Below are positions 44,817 through 64,000 of a stretch of 64,000 bases of DNA, in pieces. The translations under genes were made by a program, and so were the position numbers. Location of the stretch: the NCBI GenBank assembly GCA_051294375.1, contig CM119271.1:12825039-12889038 (forward strand), given 5' to 3'. The stretch is from Paraspadella gotoi. Lineage: Eukaryota; Animalia; Chaetognatha. Every line of letters begins with the position of its first letter. Position 1 is the first letter of the stretch. A model generated the notes under the pieces. The model was given only the letters and a program-made list of their open reading frames with translations, searched no databases and was not told where the DNA came from.

Positions 44817-46975
44817 GAAAGGATACGATAGAAATAAAACGGAAACAAGAAGGAAGGCATGATGGAGAGAAGGAAGAAGGAAAAGAAGAAAAGCAATGCA
44901 TACAAAGTCCCAAGCCTTGGGCCAAGGCCCAAGTTCCACGAATTCAACGCTTTATCCCAACACCTCCCATTCGTTATTATTCGGCCTTGAACTTTGAATG
45001 ATAATCGCACTAATCACGAAATTGGTACAACAAATGTAAAAACTATCAATTCAATTAATATATAAGCTATATTACCACTGGCCATTGGCTACGTCCTACA
45101 CACAATGTTCTTTCTGACCTCGCGCTTTCGGGGTCGCACGTTCGAGGCGTCTCCCGTTCAAAATGTACGACCGGAGTTTTCGAATTGTAATGTTTTACTA
45201 TCCAAAAAACCCGTCGAAACTAAGTTTCAAACGGGCAGACGCCAGTACATGATTCGATCCAGAGATTGAATGACAAGCTATCAAAAGGTAAACCAATAGG
45301 TTTCATAGTCTCACGGCCAGTCGAGTTTGACCTAGACAAATCAGACGCTGAGAAAGAAAGGCGGAACTTAATATCTCTCTCACACAAACTATCAAACTAA
45401 CAAAAAAAATCTTAAAAGCATAATATCGTCGCAATCGCATAAAAAAATCTGGATTGACGACAAATTTTGATATTAAAAAAAATAAAATTTGAGAAAATAA
45501 AATTAATTTATAAACAGAAAGAAAAATTATATTTTATAAATTATAAATTAAAGTTACAGTTTCTGAAAAAAAAGAAGAAAAAAAAATGTCATTGTTAAAA
45601 AATAAACTAATCAGCAGACGCAGCCCCTGAAAAAAAAAACGAAACAAAAACCTGATGTTGCGATAGCAAAATGATAACATGCACGAATGCAGTGCTTAAT
45701 TTTACGAGTTCAATCCTATTTCAATTTTTTTTTAATAAAAACGCAGAGAGAAAAAAAGAAAGAAATAAAAAAGCAGCAGCAGAAGCAGCAGGAGAAAAGA
45801 GAGATAAAGAATAAGCCCTGCAGAGCCAGCTGCAGACTCAAAAGGCAGCAGCAGAAGCAGCAGGAGAAAAGAGAAAAAGAATAAGCCCCTGCAGAGCCAG
45901 CTGCAGACTCGTTTTTTTCCTTATGACAAGGGAAAAGAGAGAGGGAGAGAGACATGTAATTAAAAGAGAAAAGAGAGAGAGAAAGAAATATGAAAATAAA
46001 AGAGAGAAATTTTTTTTGTTTTGCTAAAACGTAAACAAAACATATTTAATAACTATCCAGACTCAATTTTAAGCACATCAATGATGAGAAGCTGTATATA
46101 AATTTTCAGCTTCATACACCCAAATTTAATCATAAAAAAGGCGATCTATAATTTGGAACGCCGACGATGACGACGACGACGACGACGCCACTTATGGGCA
46201 AAAGCGTTACAATATCGTCGCAAACGCTAAGCGATTGCGACGATAAAAATTAAAGTATCAGTATTTTTTTTAATTCAAATTATTTAAACCAAAAAAAAAA
46301 CCATCAAGTATAAAAAAGAAGCAACGTTAACGGAATGTTCAAATTTTCAACAATTTTAATTAGTAATAATGTGTTCGCTCTTTAAAGTCTCACGCGTTTC
46401 ATAGTAAGACATTTCGTAAGAAAAGAGGCTCTTTCATACCAACTACTCTATTCTACTATTCTGCCATAATATATTTTCAGATATTACAATTTACTTCGAT
46501 TCCAATTGAAATCGATCTGGGAGGAATTCGCTCAGAAATCATTGATTAGCTGAAACACACGATGAATTTTTTTCTCCTTTCCAATTACTACAATATGCAA
46601 ATGAGATTAAATTACTATAATTCGTCTCTGTTTATGATCAGAGTATAAACCAATATTTTATTAAAAACAGGAGACGTTGACAGTTTCAGCGATTTTCAAG
46701 AATTTGAGTCCAACATTTAAAGTTTTGTTTACAGCAGATTCCGGGAAGGAGTGAAAATGAGTTTAATTTAAAAAAAAAAAACCGTTTCACTATTTGGTTA
46801 TGATTTTTCTTGATATATAAATGTAAATGCAAGCTGCATTAATCAATAGATAAATTAATTAATGGAATTAATTCACCGCCAATGATCGTGGGCTCAAACT
46901 TGTTTCCTTTATATAGCTCTCTTTAATTTTTTGTTTTAGGATAAACTGCTTCTAATCCGTCTCTTCTCCCTCTCT

Positions 46976-47043
<68 letters not shown>

Positions 47044-48966
47044 ACTCTTCCTTTAAAACTTTTTCTAATCTTTTTAATCTTTCTCGTTTTGTTTTTCCGT
47101 CTCTCGCCAATTAAGTCCCGCATCACGTCCTCGTTCGTCGTCGTTGTTCGTCATCGTCGTTCGCCGTTGTTCGTCGTCGTCATCGTCCGTTATCATCGTC
47201 GTCGTCGTTCATCGTCTTAGACGTTGTTCATCGTCGTCGTCATCGTCGTCGTCGTTTTCTTCCGAGGGACCATGAGGTCAGCTGTCTGAAGCGAAAGAAA
47301 GGGATTTTTCGATTTAATTTTTTTTTTCACAAAACCATTCACAAACTTTCTTCGAGTCTAATGATCACAAACAACGCCAAGCGTTTACGGTATTAATTTT
47401 TAAACAATAACTACACTCTTTAATTTAAAAAAAAAAAGAGTAATATTTATCGAATCGGTTTTTTTTAGATGGGACGCGGGGGGCAAAGCCTCGATCGGGA
47501 TTTCCGCATTGCGGTGAATCGAATGGCCAGAGTGGTTACTCATTCGACTCGAGAAATCCGCCAAGGATGAAAAAAGCCAATTCGCGTTAAGGATGAATGA
47601 AAAAAAAAGTTTTCGTTTAGGAAAAAATATTTATAAAGATTTCAAAGAAAAATAAAATAAAGAAAACAATTTTCATTTGTAAATTTTAAGGATTTGTTTA
47701 TTTTTTTCAAAAAATATAACAATTTTTTAAAACACTTTTTTTACAAAGAAAGAAAAAAACTTTTAAAAAACCCCTTCGAATAATGATATGGAGAAATTAC
47801 CTTAAAACTTAATACTTTACGAACACAAAGACAAAGGAGCATCTTCGCATCGATTTAACTCGACGTTTACACGCGCGAGTCTTCGACTTTACATTCGAAT
47901 TAAGATCCCGGATGTAACCGCATTGTAACCAGTAACACAGACAGAGTTAATCAATCCTTCGCTGAGAATTAACGTCGGAGTTTTAAAAAGAACCCGGAGT
48001 AATGGCCAAGCGATTGATTTGCTTGATTGATCGATCGATAGTGGTTGATTCACAATTAAATATTTCTTAGGTTTCTTGCATGTACATGTACAATTGTACA
48101 TGTACATTTTACAAATGTTTCAAGCCGGCTTTTTAAAAAGTTTTCGAATTTTCCTCTGAGTTAAACTTTCTTTAATTTTTGCAGAAAATACGTGAGATCG
48201 TCGTCATCTACATCTGGACATAAAATACCTTTTTTTGTTTTCTTCGAATAAAAAAAAAAAAACAAAACAAAACAAAACAATAAACAGGATCAATTATCGG
48301 ACGAAACTGCAAAAAAAAAAACAACAAAAAGACAACCACATTTATCATTTTTCGTCATTCCATCGAAACCACGCCGTCAGCATCATGGTAAGTTTATATT
48401 GTCCTTTAATGGTCATTGCATAATTGCATATACAATAATTATATATATATACCGTTTATTATCCAACTAAATGATGATGTTAACAATTAAACATTTTTAA
48501 TGAATTTACGAAACGGTGATTTTTTTTCAAATATAATTTTTTTTTCTTCTATCCAATCGTTAAGAATATTTTAGTTACTTCGTGTTTTCGCGGGTTCAAA
48601 GAATTTAGGGTATAAAATTCCCCCCCCCCACGCCTTGCCTTTTCGTCCTTTGGCCACTTATGGCCAGTTGTTAATTATGAGCAAAAGTGTTTTTTTAAAA
48701 ATTGTTTTGAAAAACAACCTTGGGAAACATTCTACGATCTACATTCTACAAGGAGACGATGATACTGAATAATCGACAACTCGTGTTCCGTAATTTTCTT
48801 TTAATTATTATGTTTGTGAATATAAACATCTAACAAATAACAAACAACGATTCGCGAAAAGGGAAAAAAAAATAATAACAATAAAAAAAGTAAATGAGAG
48901 AGAAAAAAAAAAGTTTTTCTCAGAGGCGACGTGAGCAGCGAAAGCCTCCAGGTGCGAAACCAGAAG

Positions 48967-49005
48967 TTATTGGATTTTTTTTTTCGGCCGTGAATGGATT
49001 CCGTA

Positions 49006-49040
<35 letters not shown>

Positions 49041-49580
49041 TTTCATCTTCGTTATCGTCGTAGTAGTCGTTGTCATCATCGTCTTCGTTGTCATCATCGT
49101 TCTTGTCATCCCTTTTATCGTCTTCATCGTTGTCGATGCTAAGGTGATCCACATCAGTGATATCATCGTTGTCAGTATCGACACCGTTCCAAATGATTTT
49201 GTCATCGCCATGATTATCGTCATCAGTGTCGGCCTTTTCGTACTCGTCAACGTCGTCATCAGCATCGTCGTCGTTCTCCTTGTCAGCTTCATCCTCCTCG
49301 TCATTTCTGTCGTCTTCATCTTCTTTGTCAACTTCATCATTCTCATCGTCTTCGTCATTCGTCGTCTTCCACATAGTAATCTCTGTCATCTTCATCGTTC
49401 TCATCGTCGTCGTTTTTGTCATCGTCGTCGTCCTCATCATAATCTCCATCGTCTTCGTCGTTCTCATCGTCGTCGTCTTCGTCATCGTCGTCGTCATGAT
49501 TGTCGTCGTCATCGTCCTCGTCATCTCTGTCGTCGTCGTCGTCGTCGTCGTCCCAATATATCCTCGGTTTCCACGGCGAG
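48967..49580 (-). other. Asp/Glu/Asn-rich coding-like segment (possible acidic protein exon or decayed GAC microsatellite)
   Basis: Two D-rich frames separated by a frame switch/TGA at ~49355; second copy at ~57640-58230. Confidence 0.35.
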
Positions 49581-50119
49581 AGTCAAAGGAGGTCGAAGGT
49601 CAAAGGTCGAACTTCTTTCCCGTCGACGGAACAGAGAATGAGGCCGATGCGGTCAAAGAAGGTGCAGGCAGATAAGGTGCAGGCAGAGAAGGTGGAAGGG
49701 GAAGGGTCGTGCAGTGAGAGAAGGTGCAGGCAGAGAAGGTGCAGGCAGAGACGGTGGAAAAGGAAGGGTGGTGCAGTGAGAGGTGCAGGCAGAGAAGGTG
49801 CAGGGCAGAGACGGTGGAAGGGGAAGCGTCGTGCTGTGAGAGAAGGTGCAGGCAGAGAAGGTGGAAGGGGTAGGGTTTTGCTTACGTTGATTGCAGCAAC
49901 CCTAGGTTTTACTTGCGTTGATTGCAGCAAACGAAGGTTTTGTTTACTTGGTTTGCAGCAACCCTGGGTTTTGTTTACAAGTTTATTGCAACAAATCTTG
50001 GTTTTGTTTATGTCGATTAAACGTCGGCGTTTTGCGGCAACTTTGGTTCAAAGGTAGCGATTTATTGCAGTTAATAGCAGATGGCGCTAAGCTAACTCAG
50101 ATCAAATTGCGTTACGTCG

Positions 50120-50275
50120 ATGAAATAGTGACGCAACGTCAATGGCGCAAAGACGCTTCGTCGATGACGCAGTGACGCCACATAATTTGCGCAACGAACC
50201 GGAAATCCCGAAGCGATTTTTCCTCGATCTTCGTTTCTCGTCATTTGAGCCTAAAATGGCGACACTCGACGTACA
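50120..50275. promoter_or_regulatory. Housekeeping-type promoter motif cluster
   Basis: Several TGACGC motifs, CCGGAAAT (ETS-like) and AAAATGGCG (YY1-like); duplicated at ~58840-58985. No gene assigned. Confidence 0.35.
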
Positions 50276-50302
50276 CGTATTCGACCTTTGAGAGCGAGAG
50301 GG

Positions 50303-50353
<51 letters not shown>

Positions 50354-50359
50354 TCTCTC

Positions 50360-50490
50360 TATCCATCCAAATGTGAAAATTTGTCACTTGAACCTACGTA
50401 GTCGTCTCTCTGTCTCTCTCTGTCTCTCTCTCCTCTCTCCCTCATCCATCCAAATGTGACAATTTGTCACTTGAACCTACGCAGTCGTCT

Positions 50491-50553
<63 letters not shown>

Positions 50554-50656
50554 CTCTCTCTCTCTCTCTCTCCCGTCATCCATCCAAATGTGACAATTTG
50601 TCACTTGAACCTACGTATCGTCTCTCTCTCTCTATCTCTCTCTCTCTCTCTCTCTG

Positions 50657-50719
<63 letters not shown>

Positions 50720-50765
50720 TCCATCCAAATATGACAATTTGTCACTTGAACCTACGTAGTCGTCT
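50360..50765. repeat. 4 copies of a ~45-bp unit with an internal palindrome, separated by (CT)n
   Basis: CATCCATCCAAATGTGACAATTTGTCACTTGAACCTACGTAGTCG; again at ~59073-59475. Confidence 0.85.
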
Positions 50766-51242
50766 CTCTCTCTCTTCTCTCTCTCTCTTCTCTCTCTCTT
50801 CTCTCTCTCTCTTCTCTCTCTCTCTCTCTCTCTCTCTCCTCCCTCTCTGTCCTCTCTCTTCCCGTCTTTTAACTCTCTTTCTCCCTCATAGCTCGACACG
50901 TCTGCCCTTCTATCAAAATACCGCCTTTCTCGAAAATAAAATTCGTAGATTCGTCGTTGTTTGATGGGCGCCGCCTAAGGGACGCCGCCTAATGGGCGCC
51001 ACCAAAATAGCGCCATCTTGTGGGGTCGACGCCGTCCAGATTCTCTAAATGTTAAGAAAGGAAATGAGAACGAAATCTCACACCTGCGCTAAGGGGAAAA
51101 AACTAATCTTTTTTTCTCTCTCTCTATCTCTCTCTCTCTCCTTCTCTATCTCTCTCCCTCTCTCTCTCTGTCCCTCCCTCGCCCTCAATCCGGCACAAAC
51201 AAACAAACAAAACTCGACCGAGTGACTCTCGCGAGTGAAAAC

Positions 51243-59948
<8,706 letters not shown>

Positions 59949-59995
59949 GTGATTTTCGCTTCGTCACCTAAGTTGATGATTCTTGGGCAGATTCG

Positions 59996-60031
<36 letters not shown>

Positions 60032-60398
60032 CTCTCTCCCTCTTCCTCTTCCTCTCTCTCTCTCTCTCTNNNNNNNNNNNNNNNNNNNNNNNNNTCTCTC
60101 TCTCTCTCTCTCGTCCACCTGAGCTGATGAACAACAGAGAAGGGGATTCACTCAAGCTAAGTCTTGGTTAAGCCGTCTGCCAGATGCCTGATTCCATTGC
60201 CCTTTTGACATATTCGCCTGTCGCCATTTGTCAATTGCCAGTTGCCATTTGCCACCGGTCAGAGGCCATTCGTCAGATATCAGATGTCTCTTGCTAAGTA
60301 CAAGATGCAAGTTTCTTTATCTGCCAGCTGCCTAAGGTCATTAGCCAGATACCGATTGCGGGGCTTAATTTTTCTTCAATGACCCGTTTTCTTTTAAG

Positions 60399-60795
60399 TT
60401 GCGCCGCGAGTACTCACGGAGCAACTCTATTGATCACTTTTCGGTCCGTTGGTCCTTCTGTCCGTCGGTCTGTATTGTATTGTATTGTATTTATTCATAC
60501 AGCGGGTCCGAGGACCATGGGCCACAGTGGTTTAACTTACGTTAAAAATGTTCATTTGTTAAGACAGGATAAAACCTCAAATTTATGGGACTGCTAGCGC
60601 CGCCTTCAGGAAATAAAAGACAAAAGACAAAATTCCGACGCAGTGCTTGTCATAAATACACGGGCTCAGAAAGTTATGGGAGTCATATAGTCATGTCAAG
60701 TCACGTCATGTCATATAATGTCATGTCGTGTCACGAGAAACACATGTGATAAGGCAGTCACTGCGGCGCAACATATTTGAATTACCGTTCTTGTT
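60399..60795 (+). mobile_element. Non-autonomous Helentron-like element, second copy
   Basis: Same 5' palindrome, CTGCTAGCGCCGCCTT internal block and 3' CACTGCGGCGCAAC...GAATTACCGTTCTTGTT as 35106-36075. Confidence 0.65.
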
Positions 60796-61614
60796 ATTTT
60801 AATATTTCGCTTACATCGGTCCAAATTACTAAAATATATATATATTATATATATAACAGATATATGCATCGATGAACAAACGGGAGAGAAGAAAAAAAGA
60901 TAGGTTGAGCCGTGAAAGAGAGGAGAAGAGAGGTCGAGCCCTTGGGAACGGCGAGTGTGAAAAGTAGAAGAGGGTCAAAGCGATAAAGAGGGGAAAAGGC
61001 GATTAGAAGGAGGAAGAGGAGGAGGAATAGGAGGGGGGGAGGAGGAAGAGGAGGAAGAGAGGGAGGAAGAGGAAAAAAAACCCGGTGAAGATGTTGTCGA
61101 TAAAAAAGTCAACGATGACGGCTGAGGCGGCTGCTGAGGCAGTGAGGCGGCGGCTGAGGCGCAGGCTGCGTGGGCGGCTGAGGCGGCGGCTGAGGCGGCG
61201 ACTGAAGTTGAGGCTGCGGCTGCGGCTGCGGCGACAGCGGACGATGCTGCTATAAAAAGAAAAGTAAGTAAAGGAGATAAAAAGGAAAGAGAGATAAGAA
61301 AAAAAATGGAAAAGAAAAATGGAAAAGAAAATTTCGAAATAAGAAATTAATATACACATAACTACAAAAAGAAATTAAAGGATTAATTAAAAAAAAAATA
61401 CATAAAAAACCTTTACCTTTACGGTCGGTCGGTCTGTTAAAAGAAAAAAAAAGGCTCTTCGTCGTTTTCTATTCTGAAAATTGATGGAAAAATGGAGAGA
61501 GAGAGAGAGGGAGAGGGAGAGAGAGATAGAGGGGGGAGTTAGGGAGAGAGAGAATGGGGAGAGAGAAGAGAGAGACAGAGAGAGAGAGATAGTCAGAGAG
61601 AGGGGGGGTGAGAG

Positions 61615-61649
<35 letters not shown>

Positions 61650-61835
61650 GAGGACAGAAAGGCATAAAGAGAGAGACAAGCTAAACTGATTACGTTTATT
61701 TAATCTCTTTCAGTTTTCTATTTATTTTTTGTCTCAGAACAAAAGTTGAAAAAAAAAGAAAAGTAAATTTCCTTTTTCATTTCCTTTGTTTTTTACGAGA
61801 AAAAAACCTGAGCGACTTTGGTGGAGAAAAAAGAA

Positions 61836-62340
61836 AACAAGATCGGTCCATCCAATGTGTTGCGCCGCAGTGAATTTCCCTGTGATCACATGACTACATG
61901 ACTCGGAAATTTATGTATAACAATTGTCTTATGGTTGATTACTACTCTGCACAGTTTCATTTCAAACAACCAGACATTACACGAAATGTGCCGCATTTAC
62001 TTTGTGATCACCTGACTGTAGTTTTGCGTGACGTGGTCACGTGACTACATAAGTATGAAACGCATGCACAAGAAGTATTTCAAATGTAATGTCCTACCTG
62101 TCTACCAAGTATTAACTAAAATAACTTTCTTAGCCCGTGCATCGGAATTCCGTCTTTTATTTCAGTCTCTTAGATTCCAGGTTTTTTCCTGTCTTAACTA
62201 TACTATAGAGCCAAACTATACTTAGGGTTAGGGTTAGGGTTATAAGCATTTTGAACAAAAGTGGGATAGACCTACCGTCATATCGACCGACCGATAGACC
62301 GACCAAAAAGTGACTTGTAGAGTTGCTCCGCGAGTACTCG
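61836..62340 (-). mobile_element. Non-autonomous Helentron-like element, third copy (5' truncated, different interior)
   Basis: Reverse-complement termini: AACAAGATCGG...TTGCGCCGCAGTG and AAGTGACTTGTAGAGTTGCTCCGCGAGTACTCG. Confidence 0.6.
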
Positions 62341-62644
62341 GGAAAGGGAAGGGAAAAAAAAGTGACGGTCGGTATAAAAACGAAAGAGGACGAGAGGGCG
62401 AAGGCTCTTGGCGACATCGTCGTCGTCATCGTCGTTGTCGTCGTCGTTGTCGTCGTCGTCACCGTCATCGCACACGCTCAGACCATTATCCTGCGTAACG
62501 CTCTTATCAAGATAATACTGTTACAACTTTATTCGTCCAACGAGTAAAACACTGTTTACAATTACACCGAGGAAGGACAAACATCCAATTCCACATTTTT
62601 CTTCGGTTTCGTCTTTTCAGGTGAAACCGAAAACGAGGCAGTAA

Positions 62645-62705
62645 AAAAAATGGCGGCCATTTTGGCGGGAATCCGTTTGCGTTCGGGCGTCGCTTAGCAA
62701 CGTCC
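62645..62705. promoter_or_regulatory. YY1-like and X-box-like motifs, probable promoter of a gene not resolved in this window
   Basis: AAAATGGCGGCCATTTT palindrome and GTCGCTTAGCAAC; donor-like GTAAGT at ~62834. Confidence 0.4.
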
Positions 62706-63405
62706 CGACGCAGCGTGAAAATATCGCTGGCGCCAAAAGTGAGAGAGAGAGAAGAGATAAACCATTGAATAAATTGTGTGTTGCTTTCTGTTGTGCTTTT
62801 TTTTAGGTTGTGTTATTTATTGTGTTGTATATGGTAAGTCGGTGTGTTGTGTTAAGGCAACTGTTGTGCGTTGTGCCGTTTTTATCCTTTGTGTTATATT
62901 GTGCTGCGAGAGTCGCAACTAGAAAGTGAGAGTCGAAATCCGAAATTCGCATGAGATAAACCTTGGAATCAATCATTCATTTAGTGACCATTCACGCAAC
63001 AATTCTTTCACTCATTCGCTAACTTATTCAGTCACTCATTCGCTCACTGTCTCACTTATTGTCAAGTCACCAATTTACTCACAAACTCGTCTTCTATAAT
63101 CTTCGATAATCTTTTTCACGATGAAAAGATTCTCACCGCGAGACATTTTGTGAACGGATCAGTCATTTTGTTCATTTTGGCGAGTGATTGTCTTCGTCGT
63201 CGTCTTCGTCTTCGTCGTCGTCGTCGACATCGTAGTCGTCGTCGTCTTCTTCAACGTCGTCGTCGACATCGTCGTCGTGGTCGTCGTCTCAAACGGAAAT
63301 ATCTTTTCAAGGTCAAAGTTTCGTGAGAAGAAATTTGTCTTTAAAGTCGATTAAGCAGAATAAGGAAATATATCTCTTTTTTTCTTAATCATAAGAAAAA
63401 GAAAA

Positions 63406-63436
<31 letters not shown>

Positions 63437-63447
63437 GGTAAAAAGGA

Positions 63448-63917
63448 TATAAAATTATCCATTCAGTTAATAAACAAATAATGTCCCAGACTTTGGACCG
63501 GCTATTGTTTTTTAAGGCCTCCTTCTCTCTTACAAGGTAATAATATTGCAAGACCCTGTAATCTTTAAATCGAGACTCTTTCAAAGTCTGGTTTATTAAC
63601 TTGCAGAGTACCTGGCCTCCCTATCAATAAATTTATATAATGTATTTTAATAATACTTAAGCTTAAGGTAGTGGTCTTTTCATAAAATTGAAACATTCTT
63701 TGAAATATTATACCACTTCATTGATAGGGAAGCCAGATAATCTGGGAGTGAATAAACGAGACTGAGAGAGAGTCTTGATCAAAAGCTTGCAGGGACATGC
63801 TATGTCATTATCTTGTAAGAGTAATTGAGGCCTTAAACCACCAAAGCCTGTCCAAAGTAAGGGGCAAGATAGCTTATTTATTAAATGAATGGGTAATTTT
63901 TATATTGGTTGTACAAG
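63448..63917. mobile_element. Inverted pair of repeat family A (MITE-like foldback)
   Basis: 63448-63660 is a diverged reverse complement of 63702-63917. Confidence 0.6.
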
Positions 63918-64000
63918 TTTTTTTTACATCTCTTGTCGCGTGACATTTCGCCTCATGTCATGATTCTAAGTTGGATGATGACGAGGATGAGAAGGAGGAA

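Noticed and set aside
61090-61250. Ala- or Pro/Gln-rich minus-strand exon candidate
   Set aside because: An acceptor is present, but it is a GGCTGAGGC repeat with no recognisable domain or linked exons

Overview
This is eukaryotic, animal-like genomic DNA with GC-rich exons, many short introns, abundant microsatellites, five N-gaps and local indel errors. Protein genes: USP16/45-family deubiquitinase (-, runs off the left edge), zinc transporter ZnT5/SLC30A5 (-), an orphan spliced 87-aa single-TM ORF (-), tektin-3/5 with a probable ~97-aa N-terminal extension (+), p70 S6 kinase (+) and an orphan Pro/Cys-rich protein with a mitochondrial presequence-like N-terminus (+). An SRP (7SL) RNA gene lies antisense in a tektin intron. 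The right third contains an ~8.7-kb tandem duplication (possibly an assembly artefact) and non-autonomous Helentron-like elements. The most notable result is two sequence-divergent motifs that fit the circularly permuted (P5-type) twister self-cleaving ribozyme fold, with compensatory changes in the pseudoknot and stems: 3404-3484 (+, antisense in a USP intron) and 13006-13081 (-, directly behind a tRNA-like Pol III head). They suggest a family of small ribozyme-bearing non-autonomous elements. All calls were made by eye; no searches or folding programs were run.
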